Source of the DNA: Bacilli bacterium
GTDB lineage: Bacteria > Bacillota_I > Bacilli_A > RF39 > UBA660
Direction: 5' to 3'
Length of the DNA stretch: 64,000 bases
NCBI GenBank assembly: GCA_017941235.1
Contig: JAGAWU010000049.1
Span: 2,497 to 66,496, forward strand
The translations under genes and the position numbers were made by a program. Positions 45,182 through 57,742 of this stretch are shown here, one piece after another (position 1 is the first letter of the stretch; the number at the start of each line of letters is the position of its first letter). Under the pieces are notes generated by a model. The model did not search any database, was not told the DNA's origin, and saw only the letters and a program-made list of their open reading frames with translations.

Positions 45182-46327
45182 TTATGCATTTTCTATTTTG
45201 TCCATTAGATTTATTTTTTCATCAATGAATTCAAATAATAGTTTTAGTGTTGCTACTACAGGTGTTGCTATTATCATTCCGATTACTCCAAAGAAGTGTC
45301 CAAATATTAGTAATGCTGCAATTATAGTTACAGGGTGAAGTTTCATTGCGTGTCCCATTATGATTGGTTGATAAACGTTATTTTCTAGTCCTTGTACTAC
45401 TAAGATACTAACTAATGTAAATACACCTGTAAGTGGTGATATTAAGAAACCTACCACTACTGCAGGTATACCACCAATCCAAGGACCAAAGAATGGTATA
45501 ATATCTGTTACTGCACATATTAGTGCAAATAACATTGGCACATCATGTCCTGCAAGTGTTAAACCTATTGTTTGACTTATAAATACTATTAGCATTACTA
45601 AAAGTACACCTTGTATATATCCTCTTAATGATTGATTTATTCGTTTTACTAGTTCTCTTGCATCTTTTTTATGTTTATTTGGTATTAATTTATATACTTT
45701 AGGTGATATTTTATGATAGTCAAGTAAGAAATAGAATCCTACCATAAGTGATAATATTATTGTTGCAAAAACGCTAACTACTGAAGTTGCACCACCTATT
45801 ATTACATTTGTTGCTTTTGTTGTATCTATATTTTCTAGCATTTGAAATATGTTCTTATTTATTTGATTAAATATACTTGTTTTATTTAATCCTAATTTGT
45901 TTGATGTGTTTGTAATTATTTCTTTTGCTTCTGTTACCATTGATGGCACTCTAGTTCCAAATGTTTTAAGTTGGTTAACTAAACTTGGAACAGTAAATAC
46001 TAATATTAATGTTATTATTCCAACAAATAGTATATATGTAATAATACAAGCTAGTATTCTAGGCATTTTTTTATCTAATTTATCTGCAAAAGGACATAAT
46101 ATCCACGCTATAACTATGCCTATAAATAATGGACTTATTACTTTCAAAAAATCTATTATTATTGGTAATACTTTTAGTTTTTGTAAAAGTACGATACAAA
46201 TCCATACAATAGCTATCGTTATTAAAACTTCTAATAATCTATTTACTCTAGTTCCTGTAAAAGCAAATTCATTTATTGATTTATAATCAAAATCAGTTTC
46301 TAATTTTTTCTTTTTAAAAAGTCCCAT
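45182..46327 (-). CDS. AI-2E family transporter (PerM/YdiK-like permease)
   Basis: 381 aa, 8 helices, with ...DIIPFFGPWIGGIPAVVVGF... typical of the family. Confidence 0.75.
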   Translation of the reverse strand: MGLFKKKKLETDFDYKSINEFAFTGTRVNRLLEVLITIAIVWICIVLLQKLKVLPIIIDFLKVISPLFIGIVIAWILCPFADKLDKKMPRILACIITYILFVGIITLILVFTVPSLVNQLKTFGTRVPSMVTEAKEIITNTSNKLGLNKTSIFNQINKNIFQMLENIDTTKATNVIIGGATSVVSVFATIILSLMVGFYFLLDYHKISPKVYKLIPNKHKKDARELVKRINQSLRGYIQGVLLVMLIVFISQTIGLTLAGHDVPMLFALICAVTDIIPFFGPWIGGIPAVVVGFLISPLTGVFTLVSILVVQGLENNVYQPIIMGHAMKLHPVTIIAALLIFGHFFGVIGMIIATPVVATLKLLFEFIDEKINLMDKIENA

Positions 46328-46437
46328 AATTGCCTCCTATATTTAAAATTATATCACTTATATTTTTTTATGTAAATTGATAAATTATGTTCTTTATTAT
46401 TATGTACATTTTATTTATAATATTATTAGGTGATTTT

Positions 46438-47004
46438 ATGTTGTGTATAAAAAAAGATTCAGTTTATGAACAAATTATAAATAAATCAAGGTTTATTACT
46501 TTACTTTATAAAGTTGATAATGTGGATGAAGTTAATCTATATTTAAAGGAATCTAAAATCAATTATCCAGGTGCTACTCACTATACATATGCTTATATAA
46601 TTGATGGTGTTTCTAAAATGAGTGATGATGGTGAACCTTCTAAAACTGCTGGATCTCCTATTTTAAATGTTTTAACTAGGCAAAAATTAAATCATGTTCT
46701 GTGTATAGTTATTAGATATTTTGGAGGTATTAAATTAGGAGCTGGTGGTCTTGTTAGAGCTTATTCATCCTCTTGTAGTGATGCACTTCTAGAAAATGAG
46801 ATTGTGGAACTTCAAGAAGGATATAGAATTAGAGTTACTTGTTCGTATGAAGATTCACAAAAAATAAACTATATTCTCTTAAATTCTAAAATAATTTATA
46901 AAGAATTTAGTGATATAGTTATTATTGAAGCAATAGTTACTTCAGAAGTATTTATGAATCTTAAAAACTATTCACCAGTAGTTATTGAAAAAGTGCTTAT
47001 TTAA
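46438..47004 (+). CDS. yigZ: YigZ / IMPACT-family protein
   Basis: ...ATHYTYAYII...DDGEPSKTAGSPIL...RYFGGIKLGAGGLVRAY... ATG 46438 follows AGGTGA. Confidence 0.8.
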   Translation: MLCIKKDSVYEQIINKSRFITLLYKVDNVDEVNLYLKESKINYPGATHYTYAYIIDGVSKMSDDGEPSKTAGSPILNVLTRQKLNHVLCIVIRYFGGIKLGAGGLVRAYSSSCSDALLENEIVELQEGYRIRVTCSYEDSQKINYILLNSKIIYKEFSDIVIIEAIVTSEVFMNLKNYSPVVIEKVLI

Positions 47005-47106
47005 GCACTTTTCTTATATAATCCATCGTTTTTGTGTAGTTTTGTTTTTTTTATACTCTTTTGTTATCTTTTTACTATTATTTAATTCTTTGATATTTGG
47101 ATGTAT

Positions 47107-47832
47107 TTAATATTTATTTATAACTAAATCTAATTCTTTATATGTATGAATTTTATTTCGTTTAATTAGCTCTTCAATAGTTTCTTTTTCTACCATTTTA
47201 TTTTTAAGCATTATATCCATTGTTTTAGCATTATATATTTCTGAATGCTTTAATCTTTTTTCATCTTTATCTATTACATATGTTAAATCATATATTTCAT
47301 TTATTGAATCTTTTACTTTAATTACTTCATTTGTAAATAATAGTTTATTATTCATTATGTGATTTTTAATTTTTGAATCTTTATATGTATCAAATTTTGA
47401 ATTAAGTGGTATTCCAAATGCTAGTAATAATAAGAATATTATTATGTAACCTCCTATTAGTCCTGCAACTGCTCCTAGTATTTTAAATGGAAGTATTAAA
47501 AATTTGTTTAAACCAATTATTTTAGATAAAATTCCTGTAATTGTTAAAACAAATTCCCAAATTACATAAAATACTATAGTTAGTATAATGAAGGCAATTA
47601 ATTGATAGAAAAATATGTTTAATGCTTCTATTTCTACTCCAATTATACTTAGTGATAAGAATGGTAAGTATTTTAATAACATATCACCTACTGTACCCAT
47701 TAATAAAAATGATATAAATAGTATTGCGATTAAACCAACTAAGTTCAAAGTTTCTCTGAAAAAGCCTCTTTTGTATCCACTTATAGCAAATACTATTAAT
47801 ATAATTCCAAATATAATATCAAAATAATTCAT
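47107..47832 (-). CDS. cvpA: CvpA-family membrane protein with a C-terminal soluble extension
   Basis: MNYFDIIFGIILIVFAISGYKRGFFRE... followed by 4 helices. Confidence 0.7.
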   Translation of the reverse strand: MNYFDIIFGIILIVFAISGYKRGFFRETLNLVGLIAILFISFLLMGTVGDMLLKYLPFLSLSIIGVEIEALNIFFYQLIAFIILTIVFYVIWEFVLTITGILSKIIGLNKFLILPFKILGAVAGLIGGYIIIFLLLLAFGIPLNSKFDTYKDSKIKNHIMNNKLLFTNEVIKVKDSINEIYDLTYVIDKDEKRLKHSEIYNAKTMDIMLKNKMVEKETIEELIKRNKIHTYKELDLVINKY

Positions 47833-47908
47833 ATTGTCACTCTCCTATTTTTAATTATATCAAATATCTATAAAATGTGCTATAATAATTTAAGTTGGAG
47901 GGGATTTT

Positions 47909-48820
47909 ATGAACATAGTTCTACGTGTGAATAAGGAAGTACAAGATAAGATGATTGAGTATTATACTCCTAAAAAAAGAGATAAGGAAATACCATATGT
48001 TATTTTACAAGCAGATGATAATGATACTGTAATTACTATGTATACTTCTGGTAAAGTTATGTTTCAGGGAACATCGGCTGATGTTGATGCTATGATGTGG
48101 CAAGAAATGATGGGAGTTTCTAAAGAAGAAAAAGAAAAGAAAAAACAAGAAGAAAGTATTTATCATAATTGTTCTTCTGTTGGTTCTGATGAAGTTGGTA
48201 CTGGTGATTATTTTGGACCAATCGTTGTTACGGCTTGTTATGTTACTAAGGATGATGTTGAATTTTTAGATTCTTTAGGTGTTGGGGATTCTAAAAAGAT
48301 TAGTGATGATAAGATATTAAAAATAGCACCTCAAATTGCCAAAAGAATTAAGTACAGAAGTAGAATACTTGGTAACAGTGAATACAATGAGAAGTATAAT
48401 AAAAATGTCAATATGAATCAAATTAAGGCTGTAATGCATAATAGTGTGTTATATCAGTTAGTAAACGAGGAAAAACCTAAATATGACTATATTATTGTAG
48501 ATGAGTTTGCTAGAGAACAAAGATATTATGGATATTTAAATGGTATTCCTAATATTCAAAGAAATATTACTTTTATGACTAAGGCTGAAGATAAAAATCT
48601 TGCTGTTGCATGTGCTTCTATTATAAGTAGGTATTTATTCTTAAAAGAATTTGATAAAATATGTGATAAGGTAGGTCTTCCGTTAGTTAAGGGTGCTGGA
48701 TCTGAGGTTGACAAAATTGGTGAAGAATTAGTAGAAAAGTATGGAAAAGATAAGTTAAATGAAGTCGCAAAAGTTAATTTTAATAATACTCAGAGAATAC
48801 TTCATACTATGGTTTTCTAA
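47909..48820 (+). CDS. rnhC: Ribonuclease HIII
   Basis: N-terminal DUF3378-like domain, then GSDEVGTGDYFGP, and ...ASIISR... in the C-terminal catalytic domain. Confidence 0.85.
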   Translation: MNIVLRVNKEVQDKMIEYYTPKKRDKEIPYVILQADDNDTVITMYTSGKVMFQGTSADVDAMMWQEMMGVSKEEKEKKKQEESIYHNCSSVGSDEVGTGDYFGPIVVTACYVTKDDVEFLDSLGVGDSKKISDDKILKIAPQIAKRIKYRSRILGNSEYNEKYNKNVNMNQIKAVMHNSVLYQLVNEEKPKYDYIIVDEFAREQRYYGYLNGIPNIQRNITFMTKAEDKNLAVACASIISRYLFLKEFDKICDKVGLPLVKGAGSEVDKIGEELVEKYGKDKLNEVAKVNFNNTQRILHTMVF

Positions 48821-48838
48821 AAAAATAAAAAATAGCAT

Positions 48839-50179
48839 TTAGCTATTTTTATTTTTGTATTTTTCTCTTAAACTAATTAAATAAGCTATACCGATTGATG
48901 CTAGTATTACTATATCTACTTGAATATTATAATAATATCTTGCGTTAACTTCTATTATTAGGTATGCAGCAAAATATAATAAGAAATTAATTATAATAAA
49001 TAGTTCCCACTTCTCTCTTTTTTTTCTTTTTATTTGCCCTATAAATGCAATTAATATAGTTAAAATATTAATTGCTCTAATATAATTAAGTATTATCGTT
49101 AAAATTAATCCAGAAAACTGTTTTGTATTATTTACTTGAAAAGTTTGATCTATATCGTCATATAGATATTGTACTTTAATTTTCCTGTAAAATAAACCTG
49201 GTAATGTTTTATAATCAGTTAATCTTCTTTTTATTTCTTTTATTTCTGAATTTTTATTATGAATAAAAGCTGTTTCATCGTCATAATTAAATTTACCACT
49301 ATGTTCATAACTTAAACCACATAATACTTTCCAGTATGGATTTGCATTCTTAAAACCTATTTTACTAATATTAGTCTTTGTTATTATTAAACTGGCTGAT
49401 GTAGTTATTAATACATATATTAGTACTACTGGTATGATTTTTTTTAAGAAAATTTTAATTTTACTTGATGATATAAAAAGGTATATACCAAGTGATACTA
49501 AATATATTATTCCTTCTGCTCTTTCTAAATTACCAATTCCTATTAGTAATCCAGCAAGAAGTAAATATTTTAGCTTGTTATCTTTTTCTAGTGCTAAATA
49601 AACTCCTAAAAGTATTAGCATTAATGATAGTTGCTGATTTCCATAAATAGTATTTAAATATATTGGATAAAGTGCAATTAAATATATTAGACTTGATATT
49701 CTTGCTGCCTTTTCATTTGAAACTTTTTTTGATATTTTATATATTAATAACGTTATTACACTTGAATATATACAGTTTAATACTTTTAATGTAAAACCAT
49801 ATTTAAATATTTTTAATATTAATGCCTGATAAAATACGTTAAATAGCTGGTAACCAAATACACCAAAATATCCATCGTTAGCAAATGATAAATCACCTTT
49901 TAGTACAGCTTTAGATGCATGATACATTAAATAGTAATCTCCTCTTAGTGGTATTTTTAAAACTATTACAGCTATTAGTTTTGTTATGAATGAAAATAAT
50001 ACTAAGAAGAAAGCAAAATTCTTAATTTTAATTTTATCTACAAATAAATATATGATTATTAGTGACAAAAATGATAATAATATACCATTTTCAAAGGTTG
50101 ATATAAATATTAGTATACTTATAAATAATAATAAAAACCAAAACATAACTTTTTTAATTATTTCAATAAATCTTTCCAT
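48839..50179 (-). CDS. Polytopic membrane protein, GT39/ArnT-like glycosyltransferase (tentative)
   Basis: 446 aa, more than 10 helices, with an early loop ...RGDYYLMYHASK... similar to PMT_2-type enzymes. This is a weak call. Confidence 0.45.
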   Translation of the reverse strand: MERFIEIIKKVMFWFLLLFISILIFISTFENGILLSFLSLIIIYLFVDKIKIKNFAFFLVLFSFITKLIAVIVLKIPLRGDYYLMYHASKAVLKGDLSFANDGYFGVFGYQLFNVFYQALILKIFKYGFTLKVLNCIYSSVITLLIYKISKKVSNEKAARISSLIYLIALYPIYLNTIYGNQQLSLMLILLGVYLALEKDNKLKYLLLAGLLIGIGNLERAEGIIYLVSLGIYLFISSSKIKIFLKKIIPVVLIYVLITTSASLIITKTNISKIGFKNANPYWKVLCGLSYEHSGKFNYDDETAFIHNKNSEIKEIKRRLTDYKTLPGLFYRKIKVQYLYDDIDQTFQVNNTKQFSGLILTIILNYIRAINILTILIAFIGQIKRKKREKWELFIIINFLLYFAAYLIIEVNARYYYNIQVDIVILASIGIAYLISLREKYKNKNS

Positions 50180-50238
50180 AACTCACCATCTTATCTCTAT
50201 CACAAAGTATAACATAGCAAAATAAAAAGAACAATAAA

Positions 50239-51378
50239 TTATTTATTATTCTTTTCTGTAAATTTATTAAATTCTTTAATTTCTTTATCATCGAAATCTG
50301 TTTCATTTAACTCTTCAAATAATTTCTTTTGATCTCTAGATAATTTTTTAGGTGTTAAAACTTTAAATATTAAGTACATATTACCAGTTGATCCAGTAGA
50401 CTCATTTTTAATACCTTTACCTTTTATTCTTTGTTTATCTAGGTTGTTTATACCGCTAGGTATGTTTAAACTAACATTTCCATAAAGGGTTGGTATCACT
50501 TTTTTACAACCTAATACTGCTTCTGTTATTGTTAGTGGTATTTCTAAGTAAATATCATTACCATCACGCTTATAATATTCATGTTCTTTAACATAGAATT
50601 CTAAATACAAATCTCCATTTGGCCCTCCATTTTCTCCAGGACCACCTTTTCCAGTAATTTTACGTCTTCCACCAGTATCTATACCTGCTGGTATTGTAAC
50701 TTTAATTGTTTTATTTGTTCTAATTTTTCCTTTACCACCACAAGCTTCACATTTTTTCTTATATGTATGACCTTCTCCGTGACAATCAGGACATGTCGTT
50801 TTTGAAAGGAATGAACCTAATATAGTATGTTGCTCTGAAGTTATTGTTCCTGAGCCATGACAAGTCGGACATGTTGTTTCACCTTTTCCACCTTTTCCAT
50901 CACATTCTTCACAATTTTCAATTACATCTAAATTAAATTCTTTTTCTGTTCCGTATACTGCTTCTTCAAATGTAAGATTTACTTTTTTTAATATATCTGA
51001 ACCTCTGACTTTTCTACTTGAACTTCTTCCTGATCCACCGAAGCCTCCAAAACCGCCTCCGAAGAAACTATCAAATATATCTCCTAAATCAACTCCATCA
51101 AATCCTGTACTATATGATGAGAAGCCTCCCATTCCAGGTCCTGCATTTCCACTTACACCTGCATGACCAAATCTGTCATATTGTGCCCTTTTCTGCTCGT
51201 CACTTAAAACTTCATAAGCTTCTTGTGCTTCTTTAAATTTATCTGCAGCTGTTGGATCATCTTTATTAAGATCTGGGTGATATTTTTTTGCTAAACGTCT
51301 AAATGCACTTTTAATTTCTGCTTCTGTTGCACTTTTTTCTACACCTAATACTTCATAATAATCACGTTTATTATTCAT
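50239..51378 (-). CDS. dnaJ: Chaperone DnaJ
   Basis: J domain (DYYEVLGV...HPD), G/F region and four CxxCxGxG repeats. Confidence 0.95.
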   Translation of the reverse strand: MNNKRDYYEVLGVEKSATEAEIKSAFRRLAKKYHPDLNKDDPTAADKFKEAQEAYEVLSDEQKRAQYDRFGHAGVSGNAGPGMGGFSSYSTGFDGVDLGDIFDSFFGGGFGGFGGSGRSSSRKVRGSDILKKVNLTFEEAVYGTEKEFNLDVIENCEECDGKGGKGETTCPTCHGSGTITSEQHTILGSFLSKTTCPDCHGEGHTYKKKCEACGGKGKIRTNKTIKVTIPAGIDTGGRRKITGKGGPGENGGPNGDLYLEFYVKEHEYYKRDGNDIYLEIPLTITEAVLGCKKVIPTLYGNVSLNIPSGINNLDKQRIKGKGIKNESTGSTGNMYLIFKVLTPKKLSRDQKKLFEELNETDFDDKEIKEFNKFTEKNNK

Positions 51379-51387
51379 AATTCACCT

Positions 51388-53184
51388 CTACTTTTTGTAT
51401 ACTTTAACAAATTCATCTAATGTTTGATTAAACATTTCGTTAGCGCTATCAAATACTTTTGTATCCTCTAAATTTATATCAATTATTTTTAATAACTCTA
51501 ATGGATAATCTTTTCCACCTGATTTTAATAATTTTAAATATTTTTCTTTAAAACCTGGAGTATTATTTAAAATGTTATCAGCTACATAACATGCTATTGA
51601 AAGACTTGTAGCATATTGATAAACATAAAATGGTGAATAAAAATGTGGTATTCTAATCCATTCATATTTTATTTCGTCATCTACTACTACATTTTCTCCA
51701 AAATAATCTTTATTTAATTTATAATATAAATCATTTAGATATGTACTAGTTACTACTCCGCCATTATCAACGTAATCATGTGCTTCTTTTTCAAATTCAG
51801 CAAACATTGTTTGACGATATAAAGTTGCTTTGAACAAGTCTAATTTTTCATTTAATATGGCTAATTTTTCTTCTTTTGTTTTTGCTTTTTTGTACATATA
51901 ATCATTTAATATTAATTCATTTGTTGTTGATGCTATTTCTGCTAAGAATATTACATAATCATGTGTTGCAAACGGCTGATTCTTTGAAGCAAAGTAAGTA
52001 TGCATTGAATGACCTAATTCGTGTGCTAATGTACTGACGTCATTATACTCTTCTGTATAATTAAGCATTACGTATGGAAGTGTGTCATAAGAACCTGTAG
52101 AATATGCTCCACCTCTTTTGTTTTTGTTTGGGTATTTATCTATCCATCTATTATCGAATGCTTCTTTTAATTTATTTGTGTATTCTTCACCATATACTTT
52201 TAATGCATCAATTACTATTTCTTTTGCTTCATCAAATGTATACTTTTTATCGATACTTTTAATGACTGAAACATAACCATCATATAGGTGGAATTCATCT
52301 AAGCCAATCATTTCTTTTTTGATATCAAAATATCTATATAAATTATTTAAATTAGAACGTATACTTTTAATTAAATTTTCATATAGCTTAACTGAAATAT
52401 TTTTTCCATCTAAATAACTTTCTATTGATGAATTATATTTTCTTAATTTGGCATTAATACTATCTTGATTTAATACACTAGCATAAAGACATGTTATTGT
52501 ATTCTCAAATGATTTATAACCTTCAAAAAGGCTTTTAAATGCACTTATTCTAACATCTCTATTTTTTGAGCTAATACATTTGGAATACATATTTTCGTTA
52601 AATTCTACTTCATTACCATCTTCGTCAATAATATTTTTGAATTTCATATCTGCATTTGTAAGATAACTATAAGCGTTATCAGCTGTTTCAAATACAGGAG
52701 TGAAAGCTGCAATTATTTTCTCTTCTTCTTCTGATAATGAGTGCTTTTTTTGCCTTAAAATACTATCTATTTCATGTTTGTATGGTTCTAGTGATTCTTC
52801 TTTTTCAAGAAAATCTCTAATCTTCTTCTCATCTTCTTTAATTATTTTAGGTACAACACTTGAATTTATTTCACTAAATTTTGTATATATAATAACTGTT
52901 TTATCATATAATTCTTGATATGTCGAATTAGCTGTATCTTCATCTTTTTTACAGTGTGCATATGTAAACATTTTATCTAGAATTCTAGCAAAAACTTCTA
53001 CATCTTTATAATATTTTGCAAAGCTTTTACTATCATCTAGAAGGTTTTTACAATCTTCTTCTATTATAGGTAGCATTTCTTCTAATTTTTTGTAATCTTC
53101 ATTATATGCATCTATGTTTTTGTATATTAGTTCTAAATTCCATTTATCTTCTTCTCTTACTTCACTTCTAGTTTTTTCTGCCAT
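51388..53184 (-). CDS. pepF: Oligoendopeptidase F (M3B)
   Basis: 598 aa with an HELGHSMH zinc motif. It lies 9 nt upstream of dnaJ. Confidence 0.85.
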   Translation of the reverse strand: MAEKTRSEVREEDKWNLELIYKNIDAYNEDYKKLEEMLPIIEEDCKNLLDDSKSFAKYYKDVEVFARILDKMFTYAHCKKDEDTANSTYQELYDKTVIIYTKFSEINSSVVPKIIKEDEKKIRDFLEKEESLEPYKHEIDSILRQKKHSLSEEEEKIIAAFTPVFETADNAYSYLTNADMKFKNIIDEDGNEVEFNENMYSKCISSKNRDVRISAFKSLFEGYKSFENTITCLYASVLNQDSINAKLRKYNSSIESYLDGKNISVKLYENLIKSIRSNLNNLYRYFDIKKEMIGLDEFHLYDGYVSVIKSIDKKYTFDEAKEIVIDALKVYGEEYTNKLKEAFDNRWIDKYPNKNKRGGAYSTGSYDTLPYVMLNYTEEYNDVSTLAHELGHSMHTYFASKNQPFATHDYVIFLAEIASTTNELILNDYMYKKAKTKEEKLAILNEKLDLFKATLYRQTMFAEFEKEAHDYVDNGGVVTSTYLNDLYYKLNKDYFGENVVVDDEIKYEWIRIPHFYSPFYVYQYATSLSIACYVADNILNNTPGFKEKYLKLLKSGGKDYPLELLKIIDINLEDTKVFDSANEMFNQTLDEFVKVYKK

Positions 53185-53229
53185 AATATCTCCTATATTT
53201 AAGAAAGTAGTCTTAATGACTACTTTCTG

Positions 53230-55062
<1,833 letters not shown>

Positions 55063-55071
55063 TTATCTCTC

Positions 55072-55656
55072 CTATTCATCTATTTTGTTTATTTTAACTG
55101 TAGCTGGACGGATTACTCTGTCCTTTAACATGTATCCTTTTAGTAGAACTTCTAATACTTCATCATCTTTTTTACCTTCTACTTTGTCAGTTAATAAAGC
55201 TTGCTCTAAATTTGGATCAAATTCTTCTCCTACTCTATTAACTTCGGATACTCCATATTTAACAAGTATGTTATTTAAATCAGAAAACATAATTTTAAAA
55301 CCTGATAAGAATTTAGAAAATTGATCTTCTAAGTTATTATCATCGTATTTTATGGCTCTTTCGAAATTATCAATTACTGGAAGAAGATCAGTTATAATAT
55401 CTTGATTGCAATATTTTTTTACTTTTTCTACTTCATCGTCTTTTCTTTTTCTATAATTAATCATTTCTGCTTGAGTATATTTAACTTTGTTTTCTAATTC
55501 TTCTTTTATTTTTTTTAACTCTTCGTTTTCTTTTCTTAAAACTTCAAGTTCTTTGTCTTTATTTTCTATTTCCGAATCAATATCATTCATAACTTCATTG
55601 ATTTCGGTTTTTGTTTCAGTTTCTTCTATTTTCTCTTCTTTTAATTTATCCGCCAT
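55072..55656 (-). CDS. grpE: Nucleotide exchange factor GrpE
   Basis: Coiled-coil N-terminus, ...RKRKDDE..., and C-terminal ...GY.L.DRVIRPA.V. Confidence 0.9.
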   Translation of the reverse strand: MADKLKEEKIEETETKTEINEVMNDIDSEIENKDKELEVLRKENEELKKIKEELENKVKYTQAEMINYRKRKDDEVEKVKKYCNQDIITDLLPVIDNFERAIKYDDNNLEDQFSKFLSGFKIMFSDLNNILVKYGVSEVNRVGEEFDPNLEQALLTDKVEGKKDDEVLEVLLKGYMLKDRVIRPATVKINKIDE

Positions 55657-55661
55657 ATTTT

Positions 55662-56663
55662 TTACCTTTCAATGTTTTCTTTGATGTATTCAAGTATTCC
55701 AACTACTCTTTCATAATCCATCCTTTTTGGACCAATAATTGCTATAGTTCCATTATCTTCTTTTGACTTGTAGTTTGTTTTAATTACTGTAACATCATCA
55801 TCTATATTATTTTCTTCTCCAATATATATTTCTATGTTGTTACTATTATCCTTATGAATACTTCTTATATTATCTATTACATCATTATTTTCTAGTTTAC
55901 TATATAATTCTTTCATTTTTGTACTATCAGTAAACTCAGGTTGATTTAGTATATTATTTTTTCCTTGAAAATTAGCATTACCTTTTACATTAGTGAAATC
56001 TGTAAATACATTATAAAAGGCATTATATATTTGTTCATGTTGCTCAACATATCTACCGATTATTGGCTTTACTTCATACTCTAATTTTTGGGATACTTCA
56101 TCTATTGGAGTTCCAACTATTAGGTTGTTGATTAGTCCTACGGTTTTCTTTATTTCTTCTTGTGATACATCTTTTAATGTGATTGTTTTATGCTGAACGT
56201 GTCCTTTATCAGTTACAACTATTATAGTTATAAACTCTTCATTTATTGGTATTACTTCAATTTGTTTTAGTAAGTTGTCATGTGATGAGCTTCCTAAAAC
56301 TACGGTTGTATAGTTTGTCATATCTGCTACTACCTCTAAGCTCTTAGATATTGTATCAGATAAGTTAAGTTGATGATTGTCGAATATTACTTTAAGTTTG
56401 TACATATCCTCTGCCTTCATCTTCTTAATACTCATTAAATTATCAACATAGTAACGGTAACCTTTTTCACTTGGCACGCGTCCACTAGAAGTGTGTCTCT
56501 TCTCTAGTAAGCCTAAATCCTCTAAAGTTTTCATCTCGCTCCTAACGGTAGCTGATGAACACTTTAATCTCTTGCAGATGAGATTGGAACTTACTGGTTT
56601 AGTTAATTTAATGTACTCTTCAACTATTAAAGTTAATATCTTTTCTTCACGTTCTGTCAACAT
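55662..56663 (-). CDS. hrcA: Heat-inducible transcription repressor HrcA
   Basis: MLTEREEKILTLIVEEYI...PVSS winged-helix N-terminus. Position upstream of grpE-dnaK. Confidence 0.9.
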   Translation of the reverse strand: MLTEREEKILTLIVEEYIKLTKPVSSNLICKRLKCSSATVRSEMKTLEDLGLLEKRHTSSGRVPSEKGYRYYVDNLMSIKKMKAEDMYKLKVIFDNHQLNLSDTISKSLEVVADMTNYTTVVLGSSSHDNLLKQIEVIPINEEFITIIVVTDKGHVQHKTITLKDVSQEEIKKTVGLINNLIVGTPIDEVSQKLEYEVKPIIGRYVEQHEQIYNAFYNVFTDFTNVKGNANFQGKNNILNQPEFTDSTKMKELYSKLENNDVIDNIRSIHKDNSNNIEIYIGEENNIDDDVTVIKTNYKSKEDNGTIAIIGPKRMDYERVVGILEYIKENIER

Positions 56664-56675
56664 GAAATCAACCTC

Positions 56676-56702
56676 CTAGCACTCAAATTCTCAAAGTGCT
56701 AA
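56676..56702. promoter_or_regulatory. CIRCE operator (HrcA binding site)
   Basis: CTAGCACTC-N9-AAGTGCTAA against the consensus TTAGCACTC-N9-GAGTGCTAA. A second, weaker copy TTAGCACTT-N9-TATTGCTAA lies at 56721-56747. Confidence 0.85.
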
Positions 56703-56706
56703 TTTA

Positions 56707-56734
56707 ATTATACTATTATTTTAGCACTTGTCAA
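56707..56734 (-). promoter_or_regulatory. Sigma-A promoter of the hrcA operon
   Basis: Minus strand TTGACA (56734-56729), 16-nt spacer, TATAAT (56712-56707). Confidence 0.7.
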
Positions 56735-56784
56735 TAAATATTGCTAAAATAAGTGTAAAAAAAGAAGCTAAATTATTAACTTCT

Positions 56785-57717
56785 CTATTCCCAATATAAA
56801 TTATTGATATCAACTACTATTACTGGTCTTGTAGCGAATTTATTTTCTTCATTTTCATTATCATTTGCTACAACGGTGTATAGCCCTTTGTATTCGCCAT
56901 CATATACCCATGCCTTGTTAGTAGATGTACTTGATACTGTTTCAAGCCAATACCCTTTAGCGGCAGAAGCTTGAGTACCTTTGGTTCTTTCACTAAGGAA
57001 AGATAATTTTGTTTCTGAAAGATTACCAGTTGTACCTGTCTTTGTCTCTGAATAAGTTTTTCCTTCTCCTGCTGCACTTTTAATTTCTGAAAGTCTAGGA
57101 GCTCTAACTGCTATGATATTTCCTGCGTTGTTTTTATAATAAAAATCTAATCCGTTAATTGTACTTTTGTGTTCTTCATTACCTGGATTTATTAATGAAG
57201 TATTTTTCCAATAATCTATAGTAGGAAATTGTTCCATTAATCCTGTTGGTGTTACTTTTGTACTATCTTTTTTTTGTGTATCGTAAGCTATTGTTGCATT
57301 ATCAGAACCTGTAGGTGTATTTTGATAGTATATTAATACTGCATTTTGTGAACTATTATTACCATCTTCTCTTGATAAATAATAGAATCTATAGCCTACA
57401 TAAGTATCTTCAACATAGTTGTTTATAACAGCAACATTACAGTCGAACGCATCACCTGGTTTTAAAGTATTTCCACTAGGTTTTGTACCTATTTCAACAC
57501 CTCCTACTTTATGCAATGTTTTTGCAGCTGTACAAACTGTATAACTAAGTACTTCTCTTTTTGTTAAATCTTTTTCAACATTATGAGTAAAATCAGATGT
57601 TGCTTTCTTTCTAAAAGCAATTGTACTATATAATAGGCTCATAATTAAAATCCCCATAATCAGAATACTATATATAAGAGCTGATATTGCAAACCCTTTA
57701 TTGTTTAACTTATTCAT
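56785..57717 (-). CDS. Secreted or membrane-anchored protein with a prepilin-like N-terminus lacking Glu5
   Basis: MNKLNNKG/FAISALIYSILIMGILIMSLLY, then a 270-aa Thr/Ser/Asn/Gly-rich domain of unknown family. Confidence 0.6.
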   Translation of the reverse strand: MNKLNNKGFAISALIYSILIMGILIMSLLYSTIAFRKKATSDFTHNVEKDLTKREVLSYTVCTAAKTLHKVGGVEIGTKPSGNTLKPGDAFDCNVAVINNYVEDTYVGYRFYYLSREDGNNSSQNAVLIYYQNTPTGSDNATIAYDTQKKDSTKVTPTGLMEQFPTIDYWKNTSLINPGNEEHKSTINGLDFYYKNNAGNIIAVRAPRLSEIKSAAGEGKTYSETKTGTTGNLSETKLSFLSERTKGTQASAAKGYWLETVSSTSTNKAWVYDGEYKGLYTVVANDNENEENKFATRPVIVVDINNLYWE

Positions 57718-57742
57718 ATTATCACCTAATTATAGTATAACA

